Origin: a virus
Lineage: Duplodnaviria; Caudoviricetes
DNA: 33,297 bases
IMG/VR virus record: IMGVR_UViG_3300032329_000042
Coordinates: 1 to 33,297 of that record
Reading direction: 5' to 3' (one strand)
The notes beneath the pieces are model-generated. The model worked only from the letters and a program-made list of their open reading frames with translations. It was not told the origin of the DNA and made no database searches. Both the position numbers and the translations under genes were made by a program. This document shows positions 9,772 to 17,307 of the stretch, one piece after another (positions within the stretch are counted from its first letter, which is position 1; each line of letters starts with the position of its first letter).

Positions 9772-10196
9772 ATCTTTCAACACACTTTACTCTTGAAGAA
9801 CTGACACATACAGATCACAGAGAATATGACAATACACCGAATGATGTGGAACTTGAGAACATTAAACGCCTGGCAAACTTTCTTGAAGAAGTCAAAACAG
9901 TATTGGGCGGCAAGCCTATCATGGTCAATTCAGCTTTTAGGTCTAAACAAGTCAATGACGCTGTGGGTTCTAAAGACAGCTCTCAGCATCGGATCGGCTG
10001 TGCTGCTGACATTCGTGTTCCCTCTATGACCCCCGATGAAGTTGTCAGAGCAATTATTGCTTCAGGGATTGGCTACGACCAAATCATCCGTGAGTTTGAC
10101 CGCTGGACACACATCAGCGTGCCCAACATCGCTGGCGCCGAACCGCGCAAGCAAGCTCTGATCATTGACAAGGCGGGGACTCGGGCATTTGCATAG
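9768..10196 (+). CDS. Endolysin, peptidase M15 family Zn-peptidase
   Basis: LSTHFTLEEL, VNSAFRS..VN.AVG....SQH..GCAAD, DQIIREF...WTHIS: SxHxxGxAxD plus downstream His Zn ligands. Confidence 0.9.
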   Translation: MNLSTHFTLEELTHTDHREYDNTPNDVELENIKRLANFLEEVKTVLGGKPIMVNSAFRSKQVNDAVGSKDSSQHRIGCAADIRVPSMTPDEVVRAIIASGIGYDQIIREFDRWTHISVPNIAGAEPRKQALIIDKAGTRAFA

Positions 10197-10377
10197 TCAA
10201 GGCACGGTAAGCCTCAATGGCCGTTTTAAGGTCACATTGCAACTGCTGAATAATGTCGTCCTGCTCACACAGTTTGACATACGCTTCGCCTGCAAAATCA
10301 ACCAGGCTTTCGCGTTCCCACATGTCAAATTTTGGCATTTGAATTTGGCGTTTACGCCATCCGCTTTTGTTAGTCAT
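10162..10377 (-). CDS. Hypothetical coiled-coil protein (end of the early operon)
   Basis: 71 aa, overlaps the upstream gene's stop; converges on and overlaps the endolysin end by 35 nt. Start could be the internal MPKF. Confidence 0.55.
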   Translation of the reverse strand: MTNKSGWRKRQIQMPKFDMWERESLVDFAGEAYVKLCEQDDIIQQLQCDLKTAIEAYRALTMQMPESPPCQ

Positions 10378-10561
10378 TGATTTCTTTTTTTGACGGCGCG
10401 TCTATTTCGCGGCGGTAATACTTGGCAGGCATTTTGGCTTTTTTATCCAATTGATTGCGCAGCCATTCGGCGCCGCCAAGTTCTTGCAAAATCATCCAGT
10501 GTCTGTCTGACATTCGGATCTGTCTTCCGAGTAAAGGTTCAGGTGGTTTTGGGCGTGGCAT
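10370..10561 (-). CDS. Small basic putative DNA-binding protein (ribbon-helix-helix-like)
   Basis: 63 aa, MPRPKPPEPLLGRQIRMSDRHWMILQELGGAEWLRNQLD; start reassigned to ATG at 10561. Confidence 0.6.
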   Translation of the reverse strand: MPRPKPPEPLLGRQIRMSDRHWMILQELGGAEWLRNQLDKKAKMPAKYYRREIDAPSKKEIND

Positions 10562-10784
10562 TTTTTGTCTTTGTAAGTGCTTCATGTAAGCCAGCCAGAC
10601 CGCCAACGCGCTGGCCATCAATAAAAATCTGCGGCATCTGGCGTGCGCTTTCTGGCAGATCACTAAGCAATGCAGGGTTTGACTCAATGTCAATCTCAAC
10701 ATACCTAATGTTTTCAGCCCTCAAGATCATCTTGGCTGTCACGCAGTTAGGGCATTTGCGTTTGGTGTAGATTAAGATTTCCAT
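10539..10784 (-). CDS. grx: Glutaredoxin
   Basis: IYTKRKCPNC (CxxC), ARQMPQIFIDGQRVGG: canonical Grx motifs. Confidence 0.92.
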   Translation of the reverse strand: MEILIYTKRKCPNCVTAKMILRAENIRYVEIDIESNPALLSDLPESARQMPQIFIDGQRVGGLAGLHEALTKTKNATPKTT

Positions 10785-11026
10785 TATGTTTTCATTCCTC
10801 TGATGGCTTTTGCAATGTGGTCTGTAATGATTCCGTGATGATTTTCATATCCAAATTTCTCACACATTTGGGCGCATTCTTCAATCACTTGATTGCGCTG
10901 TGATGGCGACACATACACGTCAAAGTAATACGGCTGCCCCAAGTCACGCAGTATCTGTTTGCCAAGGTTGCTTTGTTTTTCAACCTCGTTAAAGGCTTCG
11001 TCTTCCTCTTTTGTCCAATCAGTCAT
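10784..11026 (-). CDS. Hypothetical protein
   Basis: 80 aa, AGGAG SD, TAATG coupling to grx; RNQVIEECAQMCE...IAKAIRGMK pattern common in small phage ORFs. Confidence 0.7.
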   Translation of the reverse strand: MTDWTKEEDEAFNEVEKQSNLGKQILRDLGQPYYFDVYVSPSQRNQVIEECAQMCEKFGYENHHGIITDHIAKAIRGMKT

Positions 11027-11035
11027 GCTTGTCTC

Positions 11036-11236
11036 CTAAAAAGGTATTTGATCCCATTCCCAATGTTCGCACTCAACTGTGCCATGTATCCACTCTGCTG
11101 GTGGTTTGGCTTCAAATTGTCTGCAAATGCCTGTGCTGAAGTTGTTGCAATGTAGGCAATTCACTTCGATGTTGCTGATCTGTTTGACCTGGCCATCCAG
11201 ATGTCTCTTGATTGCGTTCAGTTCTATCAAATTCAT
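11036..11236 (-). CDS. Small Cys-rich putative Zn-binding protein
   Basis: 66 aa, CLHC...C...C, ends DQIPF; GAGG upstream. Confidence 0.65.
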   Translation of the reverse strand: MNLIELNAIKRHLDGQVKQISNIEVNCLHCNNFSTGICRQFEAKPPAEWIHGTVECEHWEWDQIPF

Positions 11237-12842
11237 AATCTTTTACCTCTGTGTATTTTCCATTTTTGCGGGTTGCAATTCTGACTGGCTCACTGATTTT
11301 TCGTGATTGCAAGTAGTCAAGCGCCATTTGAGTGCCAGACGGCATGACCATCTTGTCGCGCTTTAACCACCAGTCTTGTGCTTTCTGCTTAGGATAACCA
11401 ACATGGTTAAAGCAGATCCATTCACTGGCCACGCGCAGCAGGCCACTGTAATAGTCAACCCTCATGCTGTCAGGCTTGCCTTCTTTTCTGTGCATGGCAT
11501 AACCTACCTTGGTGACTTCATGCCACACCAGCTCGGCCATGGCCGTCTGGCTTGACAAGAGCGCTGCATACGACACCTTGGCATCCATCGGCTTGGCTTC
11601 TTCTTCCCTGATCGTGCCACCGCAATGCACACACACCATGGCTGCCGGCAAGTTGCGCTCACCGCAGTCTGGGCAGATGCTGTAAGGCGCCTCTTGTGTG
11701 CCTGATTTTTTCTTAGCCCTGCCTTGGATGGTGTCCACCGGCCCCAAGCGCTCCACCGTGTCGGTAAAGTCAAGCACCAAGCAATCTGTCTTGCCATCTG
11801 CAATTCGAGTGCCTCGGCCCATGCCCTGCACATAAAGCACTGGCGACTTTGTTGGCCTGCACCAGACAATGCAGTCCACATCTGGCACATCAAAACCAAC
11901 TGACAGCGCCAGCACGGTGACCAGGCAGTGAATCTGGTGGTTCTTAAACTGGCGAATCAGGTCTTCGCGCTCTTGTTTTGGTGTTTCACCGCACACAACA
12001 GCACTGCTGATGCCAAGTGCGTTTAGCTTGTCTGCAAGGCTTTCAGCATTATCGACACTCGGTGTAAAGGCGATCCATTTCTTGCGCTCTGAGGCAATCC
12101 TAGTGGCTTCTGTGGCCACTTTGGCAAGGTATTTTTCAACCTCGCGGGATAGTTCGCCAACTTTGTAGTCACCGTTGGAGATGCCAACATGGCTGGCATC
12201 AATGCGGGTGCTGATTCTTTCAGTCGGTGGAACCAGTGGCGCAATGAACTTTTGCTCAAGCAGCTCACCCATGGACACACGGCTTGCAATGCCGGTGAAC
12301 AATGGATCGTCACCGTCAGTCAACCAGACCTGATTGCCCCTGAACGGCGTGGCCGTCATGCCCACAGTCCTGAACTGGCACAGCTCACCGAGCTTAGACA
12401 AAAAGGTGCGGTACATGCCTGCATCGCCTGCCTTCTGGCTCACTAGATGAGCCTCGTCAATCACCACGGCCTTGATGTTGCCAAGCAAGTGCGCGGCCTT
12501 GTGAATGCTGCCAATGGTGGCCACAATCACATCGGCGTTGTACTTTTTTGTGCCCAGGCTGGCGCTCACAAAGCCAACGCTGATGGTGTGAGGCAGTAAG
12601 GCTCTGAGCTTGGCCGCATTCTGCTCGGCCAGTTCCTTGGATGGAACCAGCACCACAGTGCGCGGGTGATAGTCTGGCCACTGCTCCCACATCTGGCGCA
12701 CAATCTCAGCGCAGATCACCGATTTGCCGGCGGCAGTAGGCAACACCAAAAGAGGGATGTCGGCCTCCTCGGTGTGCTTTGTCCACCAGGCAAACAAGTC
12801 AGACACTGCACGTGATTGATATTCACGCAGGATCATCATCAC
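11112..12842 (-). CDS. Superfamily II DNA helicase (RadD/YejH-like) with Zn ribbon
   Basis: Q motif LREYQ, Walker A PTAAGKS, DEAH, TATP, LSVGFDVP, QGMGRGTR, then CPDC...CVHC. Confidence 0.92.
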   Translation of the reverse strand: MMMILREYQSRAVSDLFAWWTKHTEEADIPLLVLPTAAGKSVICAEIVRQMWEQWPDYHPRTVVLVPSKELAEQNAAKLRALLPHTISVGFVSASLGTKKYNADVIVATIGSIHKAAHLLGNIKAVVIDEAHLVSQKAGDAGMYRTFLSKLGELCQFRTVGMTATPFRGNQVWLTDGDDPLFTGIASRVSMGELLEQKFIAPLVPPTERISTRIDASHVGISNGDYKVGELSREVEKYLAKVATEATRIASERKKWIAFTPSVDNAESLADKLNALGISSAVVCGETPKQEREDLIRQFKNHQIHCLVTVLALSVGFDVPDVDCIVWCRPTKSPVLYVQGMGRGTRIADGKTDCLVLDFTDTVERLGPVDTIQGRAKKKSGTQEAPYSICPDCGERNLPAAMVCVHCGGTIREEEAKPMDAKVSYAALLSSQTAMAELVWHEVTKVGYAMHRKEGKPDSMRVDYYSGLLRVASEWICFNHVGYPKQKAQDWWLKRDKMVMPSGTQMALDYLQSRKISEPVRIATRKNGKYTEVKDYEFDRTERNQETSGWPGQTDQQHRSELPTLQQLQHRHLQTI

Positions 12843-12981
12843 GCTCCAAAAGCATCTTGTCAGCCATGGCGTAAGCGTTTTCTACGGCGCTTTTTCTGTC
12901 GCCATTGGCCAACAAGCCAGTCAAGGCGGCTGCGGCAAAGTAATCACGCAAGGTGATTTGGTCAATTGGTGGCGTGTTCAT
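12823..12981 (-). CDS. 52-aa conserved small phage protein (not in the ORF track)
   Basis: Hand-translated MNTPPIDQITLRDYFAAAALTGLLANGDRKSAVENAYAMADKMLLERDDDPA; TLRDYFAA...AY..AD.ML pattern is common in phages; ATGA-coupled to the nuclease. Confidence 0.8.
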   Translation of the reverse strand: MNTPPIDQITLRDYFAAAALTGLLANGDRKSAVENAYAMADKMLLERDDDPA

Positions 12982-14066
12982 ACGAACCTTCCGTTGTGTT
13001 GTTTGCGCAGCTCAAGCGCCCGTTCGTCTGTCAGCATGACTTTATCTTTGCAGGCATGGATTTCAGCGCTACTAACGTAGTTTGGGTTGATTTCTGGATC
13101 GCCATTGACAAACTGCTTACCGTCAGCCATCTGATAAACAACGCCATGGTCAGGCGTGCTGTCAACTGGCGTGGCCGTTTTGGATAACAGGATGGGAATG
13201 TAACGATGACGGCTGCAACCCAAGCGCTGTTCGTCCGTGGCCAGATCGATGCCGTGGCTGTCGCATGACCACCGGCCTTGGCCATCCATCTCTGGCGTGG
13301 CGTGGACGCATGACCGGCAAGTGGGCGCCGGTACGTCCGTGCCGTGGCAGATCGCCTGGTAATCGCAGAACTTGCACTCAAACCATGTTGGATCAGTCGA
13401 TATGCCAACTGGTGGCTCAACGCTGGTGATCACCGCCATGGCCTTGTCAACCAACTTCTGCGCCTCGTCAGCGTCAAACTCTAAGCGCTCAGTATAGATG
13501 TCGTCATTGTCTTTGTTGACCACCAGGTACAAAGCTCTGCGGCATCCGTCCTCGCCAAACTGGTCAATGCTCCACTTCATGTATATTTGCATCTGCGCGT
13601 AGTGTTCGGGCTTGGCCTTCTTTACGCCATTTTTTTGCATTTCTTTGTACATCTTGTCAGATGCTGTCTTTATCTCCAGTATGTGCGGAGACTTAGGGGC
13701 TTGCGGCAAGCCAGTAATGATGCCGTCAGCATTGCCTTGGAAGTGGTGGCCAGTCGATGGTTCGCTGAATGACCACTGCTTGCCAGTCGCTGGGTTGATC
13801 TGGTAAACCGTGCAGCCAATGCTTGCCAAATCTTGATAAACCCTTGGCTCTTGTAAATGGCCAGACTGAAAGACTCGGTAAAGCCGGCCAGAAAACTCGG
13901 CAGGCTTGGCCCATCTGAATGAGTACCAGTGCTGGCGCAGGCAGGGCTTACCAATGGCAGAAGCGCCAAGGTAAGGACGCTGCGCTTCCGCGCCATACTT
14001 TGCCTTGTAGTAGGCAAAGATGGCATCGGCCACAGGATCAGTAACTGATTGTGGTAGCAGAGCCAT
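12978..14066 (-). CDS. Cas4-like PD-(D/E)xK exonuclease
   Basis: Start reassigned to MALLP (ATG 14066, GGAAAGG SD); YLGASAIGKPC, GNADG, ILEIKT, HYAQMQIYM, CKFCDYQAIC (split four-Cys Fe-S pattern) plus further Cys residues. Confidence 0.85.
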   Translation of the reverse strand: MALLPQSVTDPVADAIFAYYKAKYGAEAQRPYLGASAIGKPCLRQHWYSFRWAKPAEFSGRLYRVFQSGHLQEPRVYQDLASIGCTVYQINPATGKQWSFSEPSTGHHFQGNADGIITGLPQAPKSPHILEIKTASDKMYKEMQKNGVKKAKPEHYAQMQIYMKWSIDQFGEDGCRRALYLVVNKDNDDIYTERLEFDADEAQKLVDKAMAVITSVEPPVGISTDPTWFECKFCDYQAICHGTDVPAPTCRSCVHATPEMDGQGRWSCDSHGIDLATDEQRLGCSRHRYIPILLSKTATPVDSTPDHGVVYQMADGKQFVNGDPEINPNYVSSAEIHACKDKVMLTDERALELRKQHNGRFV

Positions 14067-14067
14067 G

Positions 14068-14574
14068 TCAGCCTTTCCGTGCCCAAGCGGGTGCTTTGGA
14101 CTTGGCGGCTTCTTGCTCGGCTGTTGGCCATACAGGCGTCTCGGCAGCGGGTGCTGGTGCAGCAGCTGGTGCGCTAAAACCACCGGCAGACTCATAACCC
14201 TTAATGTTGTTGCTGGCCTTGTACTGGCCTTGTGCCTCACGCACAGTCACGCTGATGCGAACTGGCTTGAAGTGCAGGGCGGCAGTGTCCATCAACTTGA
14301 TCACATTCACGGCATGGCAAAGCGCAGACAACTGGCTTTGTGCAATGCGCTGGGTGTCTTCGTTGCTGTGGCGAATGTTCAGGTTTTCCCAAACCTTGCG
14401 GCCTTTGAACTGGCCATCAATGATTTCAAAAGTCAACTTCAAACCCTCACCGTTGCCAGACTTTAATGGCTGCACATCAGACTCGGTGATGTGTGCCAGG
14501 TATGTGCCGGCAGGCAGTGGGCCTGATGACTGTTGGGGGGCGACTTGGGATGCGTCAAAATTAAACTGAGCCAT
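14068..14574 (-). CDS. Single-stranded DNA-binding protein (DUF669-like)
   Basis: PLPAGTY.AHI..S......GNGEGLKLTFEIIDGQFKGRKVWENLN; flexible A/P tail ending APAW. Confidence 0.8.
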   Translation of the reverse strand: MAQFNFDASQVAPQQSSGPLPAGTYLAHITESDVQPLKSGNGEGLKLTFEIIDGQFKGRKVWENLNIRHSNEDTQRIAQSQLSALCHAVNVIKLMDTAALHFKPVRISVTVREAQGQYKASNNIKGYESAGGFSAPAAAPAPAAETPVWPTAEQEAAKSKAPAWARKG

Positions 14575-14613
14575 AATAAATTTCCTAAAAAGTTAAGTTA
14601 CGAACTGGGGTGA

Positions 14614-15360
14614 TCAAGACTGCGCCTGAGTAAGCGCTGCTTGGAATGCCGTCCAGTCAAGCGGCATATTCTGAAGGCCAAAGCGGTTGCCACCGCAGTG
14701 AGCCGGATGTGGTTCAACGTGCAAGATGCGCTCACCAGTCGTAGTGGCCTTGGTTTCTTTCTTAGAGAAGCCTGCGTCTGTCTTGCTCGTAAATATGCGG
14801 TAGCCTGCATAGCCAATCACATCAGCCCATTCTTGCACCAAGCCAGCGGCCTTGTCGTGCAGCTTTAGAACATGGCTGTCATAGCCTTCGGTCAATGGAT
14901 CTTCAATGCGCTTGATCTTGTCGTGCGCAATCAAGATGATGCCCATGCCTTTGGCAGAGCGCAAGACCTCAAGGCCAGACAGTAAGTTGCGCCATTCTTC
15001 AGCGGCGGCCACATAGCCTTTACCGAAGCCAGGCGCCTCAATGTTCTTCCAGTTGTTCTGCTTGCACACATACTCTTGGATCATGGGTTCGAGCCAATCA
15101 AGCGAGTCAATGAACAGCGTCTGAAAGTCATGCTCTTGGTTGATCAGCGTGTCGATGGCCGCATAAACCTCGGGCAGACTGGACGCCAGCGGGAAGGCGT
15201 TTGCGTCTACAGCGTCAGCGCCGTCTTCGGTCAAGATGCCAATGGCGTTGGGCGCCATGGCCGCAAAGGTTGTCTTGCCAATCTTGCCTTGGCCAACCAC
15301 AACAATCTTGGGTGAGCGTACACGTTTGGTCTTGGAAATGGAGGATAGATCGAATGCCAT
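14614..15360 (-). CDS. AAA_24 / Sak4-like ATPase (phage recombination)
   Basis: Walker A GQGKIGKTT, Walker B TLFIDSLDWLE, ILIAH, EWADVIGY; adjacent to SSB and nuclease. Confidence 0.85.
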   Translation of the reverse strand: MAFDLSSISKTKRVRSPKIVVVGQGKIGKTTFAAMAPNAIGILTEDGADAVDANAFPLASSLPEVYAAIDTLINQEHDFQTLFIDSLDWLEPMIQEYVCKQNNWKNIEAPGFGKGYVAAAEEWRNLLSGLEVLRSAKGMGIILIAHDKIKRIEDPLTEGYDSHVLKLHDKAAGLVQEWADVIGYAGYRIFTSKTDAGFSKKETKATTTGERILHVEPHPAHCGGNRFGLQNMPLDWTAFQAALTQAQS

Positions 15361-15361
15361 G

Positions 15362-15730
15362 TTAGTCTTTCAGTTCAATGGATGGTTTTGCGGGTTTGCT
15401 AGTGATGAACACGGCAGCCTTGTTGTAGGCGGCAGGGTCAATTTCGGAGAGTTGTCGAAGGTAAGCCAAGTTGACCTCGGCCTTCCATCTGAATGCACGC
15501 TGGGCGTTGTCAGGCAGATCGTCATAGTCAGCGGCCAAACGGTCAGTATCAACAGAACGGTTGAGCTTCCAAGTGATGCTGAAGTCTTCGTCATTGTGCG
15601 TGCCTTCATTGCTTTCGGGCTTGGCAAACTGCTCAGTGATCAAGCCCTCGATGCGCAGGCGTTCGGCCTTGGCTTCGTTCTCAGTTAATTTAGCTTGGCG
15701 CAGCTGTTCTACCAAATTAGTAATCGTCAT
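15362..15730 (-). CDS. Conserved hypothetical protein of the recombination module
   Basis: 122 aa from ATG 15730 (GAGGA SD); N-terminal coiled coil, AFRWKAEVN, KPAKPSI. Confidence 0.75.
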   Translation of the reverse strand: MTITNLVEQLRQAKLTENEAKAERLRIEGLITEQFAKPESNEGTHNDEDFSITWKLNRSVDTDRLAADYDDLPDNAQRAFRWKAEVNLAYLRQLSEIDPAAYNKAAVFITSKPAKPSIELKD

Positions 15731-15992
15731 TTTTAAAGTCCTCAAGTGCTGTGGTTGTGATGTGGTCTACAAGGTATTGCAAGAGCAAATGGCCAATGTC
15801 AACGTCTGTGCCTTTAACATAGGCGTTGACCAATTCCAGATTCTCGGATGTGCCAGGCTCATTAAGTAAGCCATAGCTGTCGCGTGAGCCTTCTTCTTCT
15901 GGCGTGTACTCCAAAAAGCAAACCAGATCGACACCTTCGACTTCGCATTCGTACTGAGTAAGGCCGTTGGGGCAGGCGGGTGTGGGTTTCAT
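15717..15992 (-). CDS. Acidic hypothetical protein
   Basis: 91 aa, AAGGAG SD, ATGA coupling. Confidence 0.75.
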   Translation of the reverse strand: MKPTPACPNGLTQYECEVEGVDLVCFLEYTPEEEGSRDSYGLLNEPGTSENLELVNAYVKGTDVDIGHLLLQYLVDHITTTALEDFKNDDY

Positions 15993-16105
15993 ATGTTCTT
16001 CTCCTTGAGTTTGGCAAAAATGTAATCAACGATACGAACGCAAACTACTGCAAAAATCCCAACGCCAATACCAATTAGCAAGGATTCAATATCAATCATT
16101 GCCAT
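15989..16105 (-). CDS. 38-aa single-TM micro-protein
   Basis: MAMIDIESLLIGIGVGIFAVVCVRIVDYIFAKLKEKNI; GGAGGT SD just upstream of ATG 16105. Confidence 0.65.
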   Translation of the reverse strand: MAMIDIESLLIGIGVGIFAVVCVRIVDYIFAKLKEKNI

Positions 16106-16283
16106 GGCGTACCTCCATCTCATTGATGAGTTCACCACATAGGCAACGGGCTTCATCATTGCCTCCCTTAACTGTGATAACCACGATGTCACCTTCAACG
16201 CGAACACCACGAATTAGTTTTGTCCAATGGTTGCGGTAAAACGCTTCAAGCATTTTATTTTCTTGTTTGGGTGTGAGTGTCAT
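16092..16283 (-). CDS. Hypothetical protein
   Basis: 63 aa, AAGGAG SD, ATGA coupling. Confidence 0.7.
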   Translation of the reverse strand: MTLTPKQENKMLEAFYRNHWTKLIRGVRVEGDIVVITVKGGNDEARCLCGELINEMEVRHGND

Positions 16284-16489
16284 GTGTTCTTCTCCTTGAG
16301 TTTGGCTTCAATTTGATTAATTGGAAACGGCCCATATTCTTCGGCTAATTCCACATATTCGTCGGCCGTCAGCCCTACCCATGTGCGCTGTGGCGCTTCT
16401 AGTGCGGCTTTAATAACGGTGATGGTATCTTCGTTTAGTTGCTTGCCAATCTCAGACATGATCTTGTTAAATGCTTCCATGTTGCTCAT
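16280..16489 (-). CDS. Hypothetical protein (WVGLT...IEAKLKEKNT type)
   Basis: 69 aa, PQRTWVGLTADE and IEAKLKEKNT; ATGA coupling at both ends. Confidence 0.75.
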   Translation of the reverse strand: MSNMEAFNKIMSEIGKQLNEDTITVIKAALEAPQRTWVGLTADEYVELAEEYGPFPINQIEAKLKEKNT

Positions 16490-16581
16490 ATCGGTGCATC
16501 CTCAAAGTTGTCAGGGTTGAACTTGGGTTGGCGTGGGTCTTTGTGCTTGGGGTTTGGAAATGGTGGGAATGGCCAGTTCAT
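16486..16581 (-). CDS. 31-aa proline-rich micro-protein (not in the ORF track)
   Basis: MNWPFPPFPNPKHKDPRQPKFNPDNFEDAPI; exact ATGA overlaps with both neighbours. Confidence 0.7.
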   Translation of the reverse strand: MNWPFPPFPNPKHKDPRQPKFNPDNFEDAPI

Positions 16582-16721
16582 GTTGACCACCATGCAACCA
16601 GTAGGACGGCCATGCCAACACCGATGGCCAGAACGGCCAGCAAGTCCATGATGGCTTCGCCACGGCTGTTGAGCTTGGCGTTCTTGACTTCGGGGTAGTG
16701 AAAGTATTTGCTGTGTTTCAT
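16578..16721 (-). CDS. 47-aa micro-protein with C-terminal TM segment (not in the ORF track)
   Basis: MKHSKYFHYPEVKNAKLNSRGEAIMDLLAVLAIGVGMAVLLVAWWST; GAAAG upstream; ATGA coupling downstream. Confidence 0.7.
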   Translation of the reverse strand: MKHSKYFHYPEVKNAKLNSRGEAIMDLLAVLAIGVGMAVLLVAWWST

Positions 16722-16733
16722 GTTGTGCTTTCG

Positions 16734-16747
16734 GGGGCCGAGGCCCC
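16734..16747. other. GC-rich hairpin between the first and second early genes
   Basis: GGGGC-CGAG-GCCCC; no U-tract on the transcribed (-) strand, so not a classical terminator. Confidence 0.45.
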
Positions 16748-16757
16748 GTGTTGTGGA

Positions 16758-17138
16758 TTAGGCTGCGGTTTTCTCGGCGAACAAGCGCTTGGCTTCTGTG
16801 CCTTGATCGACATACTCGTCAGAACCGTAAGCTGGATCGATTTCGTCCCAAAATGTGGGTGACAAAGATTTGCCGGCTTTGAGTGCCTGGTTAACGCGAA
16901 CGGCCAACTTATGCGCTTTAGAAATTGCTTGTTGGCGCAAATCGGGAAAGTAAGATTCGCCAGACTCAGGACAAACAACTTCCTGAGTACCATTGAAAAT
17001 GGCTTGATGACGGAAGCGACGGCCAGCTTCGTTTTCAATGATTACATAAAATTGTTCGGCGATGAAGGGACGACCATCGCAAGAGTAACCGGCGTTGTAC
17101 ATGTCACTCCAAGGGTAAGCTGTGTAAGTTGCGTTCAT
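16758..17138 (-). CDS. Hypothetical protein, first gene of the leftward operon
   Basis: 126 aa, AAGGAAA SD; no HTH or peptidase motif visible. Confidence 0.75.
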   Translation of the reverse strand: MNATYTAYPWSDMYNAGYSCDGRPFIAEQFYVIIENEAGRRFRHQAIFNGTQEVVCPESGESYFPDLRQQAISKAHKLAVRVNQALKAGKSLSPTFWDEIDPAYGSDEYVDQGTEAKRLFAEKTAA

Positions 17139-17201
17139 TTTTGTTTCCTTTATGGCCTTTCGGCGTGATGGTCAGAGAACCATTTCTTTGCCACGCTTTG
17201 A

Positions 17202-17229
17202 ATTCTAGCCGTTTGCTAGATGTTGTCAA
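17202..17229 (-). promoter_or_regulatory. Leftward sigma70-type early promoter
   Basis: Minus strand TTGACA (17229-17224) - 16 nt - TAGAAT (17207-17202). Confidence 0.75.
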
Positions 17230-17296
17230 GCCCCTTGCTAGAATTATTTTCATAGGTGTTTTCCCTATTGTTAAAAAACTCTATCAATGTGCTAGA
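17204..17296. promoter_or_regulatory. Three 17-bp operator-like sites, consensus TCTAGC-N5-GCTAGA
   Basis: TCTAGCcgtttGCTAGA 17204-17220; TCAAGCcccttGCTAGA 17226-17242; TCTATCaatgtGCTAGA 17280-17296. Confidence 0.8.
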
Positions 17297-17307
17297 GTCG
17301 ATGCCCT

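Larger units (their letters stand above)
15989..16306 (-). repeat. 27-bp direct repeat at two gene junctions (15989-16015 and 16280-16306)
   Basis: Minus strand GCCAAACTCAAGGAGAAGAACA(T/C)ATGA, 26/27 identical; contains SD and stop/start overlap. Confidence 0.9.

Noticed and set aside
12978-14066. CRISPR-Cas system implied by the Cas4-like gene
   Set aside because: No cas1/cas2 or array; the gene sits in a standard ATPase-SSB-nuclease-helicase recombination module.
14067-14240. N-terminal extensions in the ORF track (nuclease from 14240, primase from 17415, 10702, 16210, 9337, 31377)
   Set aside because: They overlap upstream genes; internal ATGs have SD sequences or stop-start coupling.
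16758-17138. CI repressor at the expected divergent position
   Set aside because: No HTH or S24 peptidase motif in the 126-aa product.
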